From an uncultured cyanobacterium (lineage in GTDB: Bacteria > Cyanobacteriota > Cyanobacteriia > Cyanobacteriales > Cyanobacteriaceae), in the NCBI GenBank assembly GCA_963749915.1, contig CAVVOP010000032.1, positions 64,001 through 128,000 of the forward strand: a stretch of 64,000 bases of DNA. Reading direction: 5' to 3'. The position numbers and the translations under genes were made by a program. The notes under the pieces were generated by a model that had not been told where the DNA came from, made no database searches, and saw only the letters and a program-made list of their open reading frames with translations. Of this stretch, positions 39,401-49,400 are shown one piece after another (positions within the stretch are counted from its first letter, which is position 1; each line of letters starts with the position of its first letter).

Positions 39401-40822
39401 TTAACTTGCCCGTTTATAGGCCTCGTCTAATACTTCCGAGAGGGTGGGATGAGCGTGAATATTAAAGGCTAGGTTATGCACAGATTCACGGTTGGCGATC
39501 GCATTTGCCGCTTCTTGAATTAAATCTGAAGCATGAATCCCGATAATATGGACACCTAGTAACTCTCCTGTCTCTTTACGGTAAATAATCTTAGCCATTC
39601 CGTCGGTTTCTCCTTCGGCTAAGGCCTTAGAATTGCCTTTAAAATAAGTTTTAGCCGTTGCCACCTCAAATTTTTCATTTTTACCTAATTCTTTAGCTTG
39701 AGGCTCATTTAAACCGACATAGCTAATTTCAGGATGAGTGAATGCCGCCGCAGGAATACTGCGATAATCAATGGTTTTTTTGTTACCGCACATATTCTCC
39801 ACAGCCACGATACCTTGCCCTGAAGCCGCATGGGCCAACATCATTTTACCGTTAGCATCCCCCACCGCCCAAAGATGAGGAACGACTTCACCGTCCTTTA
39901 ATACCTGCATTTTATCGTTAACGGGAATAAAGCCTCTTTCTGTTTCCACTCCCACGTTTTCTAAACCTAGATTTTTTGTTGCTGGAATGCGCCCGGTAGC
40001 CACTAAACAAGCATCGACTTCTAATACTTCTACTACTTCCTTAGTTTTGGCGTCGGTTAACTCGATGGTAACGGGAGTGCCGGGGGTGATTTTTGTGGCA
40101 AAGACTCCAGTATAGGTTTCGATGTCACGACTATTGATTAAAACTCGCTCTGCAATTTTAGCAATATCGGGGTCAAAAGTGGGCATTAATTGATCTAAGG
40201 CTTCAATCATGGTAATTTCACAACCCAAAGCGGTATAAACATCAGCAAATTCTAGGCCAATGTAACCACTACCGATAATTGCCACCCACGGAGGTAAAGA
40301 TTCCAATTTCACCGCTTGATCGCTAGTATAAACGGTCTTACCGTCAATTTCGACACCCCTAGGCACGAAAGGAGTCGACCCTGGACATAACATAATCTCT
40401 TTAGCGGTAATTACTTTTTCACCGGTGTCGGTAATTACGCCGACTTTTTGCGATGCCAAAATTTTACCCCAACCTCTAATAATATCTACCTTTAAACGAG
40501 TTAAACTGTTGGTTAAATCTGATTGAATTTTGCTCACTAAATTATTAGCATGATCTGCAATGACTTGGCGATCGAAACTAACACCCCCAACATTCACCCC
40601 CATAGTCTGTAAATGCTCATTATGGGACAATTCTCTAACTTTACCCGATGCAGCTAATAAGGCTTTAGAAGGGATACAACCACGATTAACACAGGTGCCG
40701 CCCATATCTCCAGCCTCGATGATAGCAGTTTGCAAACCCATTTTAACAGCATGAAGTGCTGCACCATGACCACCAACACCAGCACCGATAATAATTAAAT
40801 CATAATCAAACTTTTTACTCAT
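39401..40822 (-). CDS. lpdA: dihydrolipoyl dehydrogenase
   Basis: [25 protein letters not shown]. Confidence 0.97.
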   Translation of the reverse strand: MSKKFDYDLIIIGAGVGGHGAALHAVKMGLQTAIIEAGDMGGTCVNRGCIPSKALLAASGKVRELSHNEHLQTMGVNVGGVSFDRQVIADHANNLVSKIQSDLTNSLTRLKVDIIRGWGKILASQKVGVITDTGEKVITAKEIMLCPGSTPFVPRGVEIDGKTVYTSDQAVKLESLPPWVAIIGSGYIGLEFADVYTALGCEITMIEALDQLMPTFDPDIAKIAERVLINSRDIETYTGVFATKITPGTPVTIELTDAKTKEVVEVLEVDACLVATGRIPATKNLGLENVGVETERGFIPVNDKMQVLKDGEVVPHLWAVGDANGKMMLAHAASGQGIVAVENMCGNKKTIDYRSIPAAAFTHPEISYVGLNEPQAKELGKNEKFEVATAKTYFKGNSKALAEGETDGMAKIIYRKETGELLGVHIIGIHASDLIQEAANAIANRESVHNLAFNIHAHPTLSEVLDEAYKRAS

Positions 40823-41098
40823 AACACTGAATACTTTAAAATTTTTTGATCAATCAATATAACCTTTCTATTTTAAAGTCGATGTGATGTTTCAGGCAAA
40901 ATAATTAGACTTTGTTTTCAGGTTGAGTAAACAGAGTTACGATTATAAGTAACAGGAATTTTTCAAATCCCCCGCAGTATTGAGAGAGAGGGCAGAAGGT
41001 AATAAATTCGTGTCACTTACCTGTTTTTTTTGTCGTGTTTACGGCGTGGGGCTTCTTTTGACATTTAAGCTAAATTTTGCCGAAATTTTTGAGTTAAA

Positions 41099-41112
41099 CA
41101 ACAAAATTGTTG
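41099..41112. promoter_or_regulatory. SufR-type operator CAAC-N6-GTTG
   Basis: CAACAAAATTGTTG about 90 bp upstream of sufC. Confidence 0.7.
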
Positions 41113-41200
41113 CTAAAGTAGCCTAAAATAGATCCTACAGAAAATAAATTTTAATGTAACTTCTATATCCGTTAGTAAAAAAACTGACACTATATTTATT

Positions 41201-41974
41201 ATGAATCAAACTATATTATCAGTGCGTAACTTAACCGCCAGTGTCGATGGCACTCCCATTCTTACAGGGGTAAACTTAGAAATAAAAGCAGGTGAAATAC
41301 ACGCTATTATGGGGCGTAACGGTTCAGGAAAAAGCACTTTTTCTAAAGTATTAAGTGGACATCCTGAGTATGAAGTAACCGGAGGTGAGATAATCTATCT
41401 AGGTGAAAATTTGCTAGAAAAAGAGCCTGAAGAAAGGGCATTAGCAGGTATTTTCTTAGCGTTTCAATATCCTTTAGAAATACCGGGAGTTAGTAACCTC
41501 GACTTTTTAAGAGTGGCATATAACGCCCGTTGCAGACATTTAGGATTAGAAGAATTAGACGCTTTCGACTTTGAAGATTTAGTGGAGCAAAAGTTAGAAG
41601 TAGTAAGAATGAACTCGGCTTTCTTGGCTAGAAGTCTAAATGAAGGGTTTTCCGGCGGCGAAAAAAAACGTAACGAAATTCTGCAAATGGCTTTACTTGA
41701 ACCAACTTTAGGCATTTTAGACGAGATAGATTCAGGTTTAGATATTGATGCTTTGCGCATTGTGTCGGAAGGAGTTAATCAATTACGCACCCCCGATAAT
41801 GCCTTTTTATTAATTACTCATTATCAACGATTACTTGATTATATTACCCCTGATTTTGTTCATGTAATGTATGGGGGCAAAATTGTCATGAGTGGTGATA
41901 AAAATTTGGCTTTAGAGTTAGAGGCAAAAGGTTACGATTTCTTGGAAGAAGAACAATTAGCCCTAAGCAATTAA
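41201..41974 (+). CDS. sufC: Fe-S cluster assembly ATPase SufC
   Basis: [40 protein letters not shown]. Confidence 0.97.
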   Translation: MNQTILSVRNLTASVDGTPILTGVNLEIKAGEIHAIMGRNGSGKSTFSKVLSGHPEYEVTGGEIIYLGENLLEKEPEERALAGIFLAFQYPLEIPGVSNLDFLRVAYNARCRHLGLEELDAFDFEDLVEQKLEVVRMNSAFLARSLNEGFSGGEKKRNEILQMALLEPTLGILDEIDSGLDIDALRIVSEGVNQLRTPDNAFLLITHYQRLLDYITPDFVHVMYGGKIVMSGDKNLALELEAKGYDFLEEEQLALSN

Positions 41975-42031
41975 TAATTAAATAACATAAACTATTGCCT
42001 ATTCCCTATTCCCTTACTTATTACTTAAATT

Positions 42032-43408
42032 ATGACTGATGCTATTGCAATGTTAAAACCAGATACCTTTAAGGTTATGGAAGATGCTTACTTGGGAAGT
42101 TTATTACAACTTAGTGAAAATCAACCTCTCAATTTTAATGGTGATTTGGCTAATTTTGTTCGAGAAACTCGTCAACAAGGTGCGAATAAAGTTGTTAAAT
42201 TACATATTCCCACAGACAAAGATGAAGATTGGCGTTTTACTGATTTATCGGATTTACAAAAGCAAGACTGGCGTTTAGCCACTAAAAATGAGTTGAATTC
42301 TTCTGTGATGGAGGGATTTATTTTACAAGAAGCCTCTCATTCTTGTTTAGTTTTTGTTAACGGTTTTTATGCTCCTCATTTATCAGATATTTCGGCGTTA
42401 TCTGATGATAATATTTATGTGGGAAATTTAAGTAATTTAGATAGTAATAAAATCGCTAAAATTAGTGAATATTTAAGTAAAAATGAGCCTGAAAATGAAG
42501 TTTTTACTGCTTTAAATTCCGCGGGAATTACCGATGCTTTTGTGATTTGGGTAAAGGCTAACACGAAAATTACTACCCCTATTCATCTTCTGCACCTCAC
42601 CGCTAGAGGTAATTTTCCTAGTTTTACCCAACCTCGTATTTTGGTTGTAGCCGAGGCAAATTCTAACTTTAATTTTATCGAGTATTATGGTGCAATTGCT
42701 TCTGGATGTTCTGATTCGGCAAAACAACAATATTATTTGACCAATGTGGTCACAGAAATTCATCTCCAAGATAACGCCCAAGTTGGTCATACTCGCATTC
42801 AGCGTGAATCAGGAGATGGTTTTCATATCGCCAAAACTAATGTATTTCAAGCTCAAAATAGCCGTTACAACATCAATGAAGTGAGTTTAGGTGGTAAATT
42901 ATATCGTCATAATCTTCATATACAACAAGAAGGAGAACAAACAGAGACCTATCTTAACGGTTTAACTATGTTACAGGGTAAGCAAATAGGCGATACCCAT
43001 AGCGAAGTTAGTCTAAGTAAACCCCATGGCATTATTAACCAACTTCATAAATTCATTATTGACGATTCCGGGCGCGGTGTTTTTAACGGTAAAATTCACG
43101 TACCCAAATTAGCACAATTAACCAATGCAGTTCAACTCAATCGTAATTTATTATTGTCATCAAAGGCACGGATTAACACCAAACCAGAGTTACAAATCAC
43201 CGCCGATAATGTTAAATGTGCACATGGTGCAACAGTAAGCCAATTAGAAGCCGATGAGATTTTTTATCTGCGCAGTCGTGGGTTAAATGAATATGATGCC
43301 AGACATTTATTAATGGATGCTTTTGCCGCAGAAATTATCGATAAAATCCCTTTCAATTCCCTCAAACAAAGATTAACTCAATGTGTCGCTTGTCGCACTT
43401 TCGATTAG
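42032..43408 (+). CDS. sufD: Fe-S cluster assembly protein SufD
   Basis: EDWRFTD, FNGKIHV, KPELQITADNVKCAHGAT, YLRSRG. Confidence 0.96.
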   Translation: MTDAIAMLKPDTFKVMEDAYLGSLLQLSENQPLNFNGDLANFVRETRQQGANKVVKLHIPTDKDEDWRFTDLSDLQKQDWRLATKNELNSSVMEGFILQEASHSCLVFVNGFYAPHLSDISALSDDNIYVGNLSNLDSNKIAKISEYLSKNEPENEVFTALNSAGITDAFVIWVKANTKITTPIHLLHLTARGNFPSFTQPRILVVAEANSNFNFIEYYGAIASGCSDSAKQQYYLTNVVTEIHLQDNAQVGHTRIQRESGDGFHIAKTNVFQAQNSRYNINEVSLGGKLYRHNLHIQQEGEQTETYLNGLTMLQGKQIGDTHSEVSLSKPHGIINQLHKFIIDDSGRGVFNGKIHVPKLAQLTNAVQLNRNLLLSSKARINTKPELQITADNVKCAHGATVSQLEADEIFYLRSRGLNEYDARHLLMDAFAAEIIDKIPFNSLKQRLTQCVACRTFD

Positions 43409-43623
43409 ATTGGATTAGTGGGGAAAAAAATCGCAAAAAGTCGCAAAAATTGGGGATTTAGGAGCATAATCAATGAAAAATCCCCATAATCGACAGAAGG
43501 AATAATATAAGGAATAATATAAGGAAATGTGTACATTTGCCCTGCCTTGTCCTCCTTACCTTATCCACCTCCGCCAGAATCTAATTGTAAAAAACCTACC
43601 CCTGTGAGGGACTTCTCCCTGCA

Positions 43624-44421
43624 TTAAATTATTTCCTCCTCTTCTTGCCAATCTTCTTCACTCCAATCAATGGCTTGAGGTTCATGTTCTCCATTATTAT
43701 TAGATGAATTATCTTCTTCTAACCATTCTTGCCAATCGTCACTCACTTCTAAACTAGGAGAATCATCTTCGCCGTCAGAATTTATCACCACTTCTTCTTT
43801 TGTGACTATTTCTTCTTTTTCTGGCATTTCATCCATAAAATCATCCCAGTTTTCTTCCTTATCTTCAATGTCTTCTTTATTTTCATCGGTGAAGATTTCT
43901 TCTTCTGACACCATTTCTAAATCTAATGATGTATCCTCAAAATTTTCTGATTTTGGACTTTGATTCTCGGATTCCGGTGTTTCGTTTTCTATGTCATCAA
44001 TCCAATTTTCCTCATCATCATCTCGTATCGTTTCTTCATATTCTTGATTTTCCTTATAGTTTAATCTATTTTGCGGGGAGGAATTTAATTCAAAATCAGT
44101 GAAATCATCCTCAGAATTTCCGGCAATTATTTGTAAAACTTTAACCAAAGTTTCTCTATTTTTCTCCCAAATTTCATACACATTTGCTACTTGTTTTTGA
44201 TGAAATTTTAGGACATTATTATTAGAAAGTAAACTTTGATCACTTATTTTAGTGGTTAATCCCTTTAATAAGTTAATTTCAGTCTCGATATTAGATATTT
44301 TATCTTTCCCTTTATAAGTACTAGTTAACGTAAGTTTTAAACTGTTACTTAAGGCAATAAAAAAAATCTGTTGTAACTTTTTTTTCTCTAATAATTCTTT
44401 AATATCTTCATTATTAACCAT
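43624..44421 (-). CDS. hypothetical protein with very acidic C-terminal tail
   Basis: ORF; N-terminus resembles the adjacent 104-aa protein (IxTxIxLL pattern); D/E-rich tail with repeated W-D/E motifs. Confidence 0.75.
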   Translation of the reverse strand: MVNNEDIKELLEKKKLQQIFFIALSNSLKLTLTSTYKGKDKISNIETEINLLKGLTTKISDQSLLSNNNVLKFHQKQVANVYEIWEKNRETLVKVLQIIAGNSEDDFTDFELNSSPQNRLNYKENQEYEETIRDDDEENWIDDIENETPESENQSPKSENFEDTSLDLEMVSEEEIFTDENKEDIEDKEENWDDFMDEMPEKEEIVTKEEVVINSDGEDDSPSLEVSDDWQEWLEEDNSSNNNGEHEPQAIDWSEEDWQEEEEII

Positions 44422-44484
44422 TATTTTTACTCCATAATTAAATATATATCTTAGACGTTTTAGAATTTTAAATAATTAAAATAT

Positions 44485-44799
44485 TTAACTAAATTCGTCT
44501 AAATTTTGTTGTAAAATATTAAATATTTTTTGTAAGCTTTGAGCATTTTGTAAAATTTTCTCGTGAGCTTTTTCTACTTCTTGAAAGTGTAAATTTTCAA
44601 TGTGAGGATCCCCTAGCTCGTGATCGATTTCATTCTGTAATAAGTCTATAAAAGTACGAGAAGACGTAGAAGGGGAGTTATCTTGATCACTAGTAGTGGT
44701 GACTATTTCTATTTTCATGGCCTCCGACATTGCGATCGCCATAGCTTCTTCGATTTCTCCGTTTCTAATTTTCGCTTTTACTTCTTCAATTTTGCTCAT
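44485..44799 (-). CDS. conserved hypothetical protein
   Basis: ORF co-oriented with neighbours. Confidence 0.75.
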   Translation of the reverse strand: MSKIEEVKAKIRNGEIEEAMAIAMSEAMKIEIVTTTSDQDNSPSTSSRTFIDLLQNEIDHELGDPHIENLHFQEVEKAHEKILQNAQSLQKIFNILQQNLDEFS

Positions 44800-44859
44800 G
44801 ATTTAGATTACCTTAAATTTCTTCTTTCAATTAGCTTAACTCAAATTGTCTGTAACAAC

Positions 44860-45444
44860 TTACCAAAAATCTGTTACCCGAAAGCTTAAATTTGCTAACA
44901 TTATGCGTAATAACGGCAGGCTTAAGCCAATTACATTACTATGACAGCCGATAATTTTATCAATAAAAACTCCTCCTTTACCCTCTAAAGCAAAACTACC
45001 AGCGCATTTCAATGGTTCTTCTGTGGCTACATAAGCTTTAATAACAGAATCATCAATATCAGCAAAATATACCTCTGTGATGCCACACTGAATCGTTTTT
45101 TCTTGGGTGTCAGTGTTAATTAAAGCATGGCCTGTATATAATTTGCCTATTTTTCCCCTCATTTTTTGCCAACGTGCGATGGCAATTTCGGCATTGTCAG
45201 GCTTACCATAAATTTCCCCCTCCATTTGTAACACAGAATCGCAACCTAAAACTAAGGCAGAAGGGAAAAAACTAGCGACGGTTTTAGCTTTTTTCCATGC
45301 CAAAGTATTGACTAAATCTGTGACGTCGGTTAAATTAAGTTGAGATTCGTCGTAATTGCTACTATGAACAATGGGTTCAATGCCAATCATTTTCAGCAGT
45401 TTTAAACGGGCGGGAGAAGCAGAAGCAAGAACAAATTTAGGCAT
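44860..45444 (-). CDS. maf: Maf-family nucleoside triphosphate pyrophosphatase
   Basis: [27 protein letters not shown]. Confidence 0.93.
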   Translation of the reverse strand: MPKFVLASASPARLKLLKMIGIEPIVHSSNYDESQLNLTDVTDLVNTLAWKKAKTVASFFPSALVLGCDSVLQMEGEIYGKPDNAEIAIARWQKMRGKIGKLYTGHALINTDTQEKTIQCGITEVYFADIDDSVIKAYVATEEPLKCAGSFALEGKGGVFIDKIIGCHSNVIGLSLPLLRIMLANLSFRVTDFW

Positions 45445-45560
45445 AAAATCAGTTGGTAAGCAATTTTTTTGTTTTGGATCAGGTAAGGAAGGTTAATGAT
45501 TATAGAGGTTTTCTCTGGCAAAGGCACAAACAAGAATCTCAAAGGAAATTTAAGTGTTGT

Positions 45561-46112
45561 TTAAGAGAGGCTAAAAGATTTAGCTACGGTTTTAAACAAG
45601 TCCTCTACATTTTGCCAACGAGATTCTGTGGTAGAGATGTTAAAAGTGTACAATTTACCGTTTTTAGTGGCAACACTGGCTAAGTTATGACGATATTGAT
45701 TATTGGATAATTTGACTTTATATTCTAGTAAATAATAATCTTGAAGATTTTGTTCTCTTTTTTCGGCAGAGATTAATTCGGCTTCCCTTTCATTGCTAGT
45801 ATTTTGATTAACCATTTGCATAAAGCGATAACCGACCTCTGCGGGGGTACCTAAATCTGCTAAATTTTTTTTTCGATCAACTTCACTGACAATAACACTT
45901 AAATTTTCACTAGGTTCAAGAAAATCTTTATAAACCACATCCACCCCTTCACTTGCATTTTTTACATCCACCGACATCCAACCATTAGGATATAAAAATT
46001 GATAAGCTTCCGTAGGATCAACGTATCCTTGTAAACCACTAAGTGCAGATGAACAAGAAGTCAAAGTAATGGTAAAAAGAATAAGTATCACCGAGATCAA
46101 AGATTTTAACAT
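45561..46112 (-). CDS. psbP: photosystem II lipoprotein CyanoP
   Basis: Lipobox LTSC, YQFLYPNGW, ENLSV, GKLYTFN. Confidence 0.9.
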   Translation of the reverse strand: MLKSLISVILILFTITLTSCSSALSGLQGYVDPTEAYQFLYPNGWMSVDVKNASEGVDVVYKDFLEPSENLSVIVSEVDRKKNLADLGTPAEVGYRFMQMVNQNTSNEREAELISAEKREQNLQDYYLLEYKVKLSNNQYRHNLASVATKNGKLYTFNISTTESRWQNVEDLFKTVAKSFSLS

Positions 46113-46465
46113 AATAAATAGTTTAAAAGTAGTTTACCGACTCATTATCTCATGAACTGAGATTTTGTACTCTTTCCCACACACTTTTAAAATTTAGCCC
46201 TTATCATTAAGACAATTTGATAAAGACAACAATTACCCCCCTTTGCGTCTTTGCAAGAGATATGGTAATTCTTTGATTAAGCATCAATACACAAGGAATA
46301 AAAAATAAAATTTTGACTGATAAATAAATAAAGCAAACAATTAAATTAAATTATGAACAGTTAACAATTAACTTTTATTTATAATCTTACTTATGGTATC
46401 TTGTTTGTATCTTTCACTTTTGATAATATCCTATAATCACTTATTTAAAATTAACTAATAAATTA

Positions 46466-49400
46466 ATGAACAATAAATACTCTCTCATTATTAGTAATGG
46501 TTTAAGAAAGAAAATAAACTTACTTAATTCTTCAAATCAAGAGATAATTTTAACAAATTTAGAAAGCATTATTCATCATCATTTATTAACTTCAGAAGTC
46601 AAAAAAAGAGAACAAGGCAAGGTTATTTATCGCCTTAACTATAACTATAAATTAGAGATATTTATTACCAATATTCCTGTAAATAAAGAAAATAGAGTTA
46701 AAATTTTAAATATTTTTGATAAAAATAAGCTTAAAAGAGTCATTGTATTTAAGGAAGGGATTTCAGCAAAAGTAGTTGACATTGATATTAATATTAATCG
46801 GGAAGATAACTCTATTAGTAGCCAAATTATTAATAACTTTAAAAGCAAAGAAAATTTAAAAATACAAAGCGAAGACTTTGAAAGTAACTTTAATGATTTC
46901 TTTTATTATACTTTACAAGATTTAAAAATATCCCATATCAACGACCATAAATGTCTCATCTCCTTAGAAGAAATTAATAATATTAAACAACCTTTACCGT
47001 TACTTTTACAGGGATTTAACAACACAGGAAAAACAACGGTATCTTTGATAAAGGCTATTCAAACAAGTAAAAGAAATCAGGAAGAAAAAATTCTTTATCT
47101 TAGCGATAGTTTAAGCAATAAACATCACACAAAATATCTGTTTCAAGAATTATCGAAAGGAGAAAAAGTTGATAACTTAATTATAGATGAATACATCAGT
47201 TTTTGTTGTAAATTTGCTCAAGATAACCATATTTTACCAAGCAATAGTTTTCTTAGAAGCCAAGAAATTAACTATGACAAATTTAAGCACAAGTTTTTAA
47301 ATAATCAAGAAATAGAAGAGCTAGAATCATGGTATCTTTGGCAAGAAATCTATTATTTAATTAAAGGAAATAGTATTTGTCCCAAGAATGATTATAACTT
47401 AATTTCGGTAGAAGATTATCAACAACAAACTCAAAAATACAGTTTTTTACCTCAAGATGTTAACCCGAAGCAAATTTATCAATTAGCTGTTCAATATCAA
47501 CAATGGTTAACTAAGAATAACTATTGGGATGAGATCGATTTAAGCAATTATATTTTACAACATCTTTCTGAACCTTTTATCGGTATTTATTCTCAAGTTT
47601 ACTGCGATAACGTTCATAAATTAAATGATATAGCTTTAAAATTAATTATAACTCTGACGAAAAAAGATCCCGATAAAAATTTAGCTCCTAACTTTTGTTT
47701 TACCTATGATAGTGAAAAATCTATTTATGACTCAGAAACTTTTATCAATAAAATTGAAAAATTTGTTTCCCCCCAAGAAAATGAGCTGACGATTAACCAG
47801 GGAAAATTAACCTTTAACTTGATTGCCAATGAAGACTTAATCAATTTTAGTCAAGGATTATTAAATTTAGAGTCAACGAAAAAATCTCCCAGCAAGGATA
47901 TTCTCAAAAATAACCGTATTCTCCAAGAAAATAGTAATTGTTTATGGATTATTGCCCCAGAATCGAAACTATTGAGTTTGGGAAAAAACTTTGCCTTGGA
48001 TAAATGTATCGTAGTTACTAACAATCAAGAAAAAGAAAAATTACTTACTATTTTTAAAACCAGTCAAGAGGTTTCTTGCAGTCGGATTCTCACTATTAAT
48101 GAAATAGACGGTTTAAAATTCGACGAAATTATCCTTTGGAACTTTTTTAGCTACTTTAACAAAATTAAATACAATAGTTTGACAACAGATTTATTGAAAA
48201 AATATTTATACCTTTGTTTGGGGTGTGTGAAAGAGAAAATTTACTGTTATGAAAGTAATTTTAACCTTGGGGACAACTATCCTAATTTAGAAGGTTACTT
48301 GACTAAAGGGAATACTGAAAATTTAGAAGACTTTTTTACCATTTCCCTTGAGGATAATGTTGAAAATATTGCTCAAGTTTATCATCATCAAGGTGCATGG
48401 AAACAGGCTTATGAATGTTATTGGCAGATAAAAAAGTATAAAAATGCAAAACTGATTCAACCTTATATCGCCGAAAATGAAGGTAACTGGGGAAAAGCGG
48501 GAGATTTGTGGAATATTTTAGGAAAATGGCAACAAGCCGTTAACTGTTGGCAGGAAATTGATGAAAATTTATGGTTAAAAAAATGGGAAAACTTAACACC
48601 TTTACAGTGGCAGGAAAAAGGCAGATATTTTCAAAAAAATCATCATTATAATTTGGCTATTATTTGTTTTGAAAAAGCCAATGATAGTGAAAATTATTTA
48701 CGGTGTTTAAAACTTAGTCAACAATGGGAAAAAACAGGAGATGAATATAAAAAACAAGGTAATGAAGAAGAAGCGAAAAAATGTTATTTAACAGCAGAAA
48801 AAGTTTATCGTCAAAGGAGTGATTTATCCCGCTGTGCTTTGATGTGGGAAAAACAAGAAGCATGGGAAAAAACTGCCTTAATTAGAGAGGAGGAAAATCA
48901 ATGGGAAAAAGCCGCCTTACAGTGGGAAAAAATTGAAAAATGGGAAAAAGCCGCTATTTGTTACCAAAAAAATTCTCAGTGGGAAAAAGCCGAAATTTGT
49001 TGGCGAAAATTAAAGGATTGGCACAAAATAGCCTTATGTTGTGAAGCACAAGAAAAATGGCAAGAATCAGCAAAGATTTGGGAAAAATTACAACAATGGC
49101 AAAAAGCGGCGGAAAACTACCTAAAAATTCCGCAACTTCGCCAAGCCGCGGAAAGTTATCAACGGGGAATGTATTGGCAAGAAGCAGAAAACTGTTGGCG
49201 CAAACTTAACCATCAACCGAATATCGCTTTGTGTTGCGAGTCTCAACATAAATGGCAGTCTGCCGCACAAATTTGGCAACAATTAGAAAATTGGCAAAAG
49301 GCAGGTTACGCATGGGAAATGGTAAAAGACCCCAAAAAAGCAGGTTTATGTTATGAAAAAGCCCAACTTTGGTCAAACGCTGAGACTTGTTGGCTAAAAT

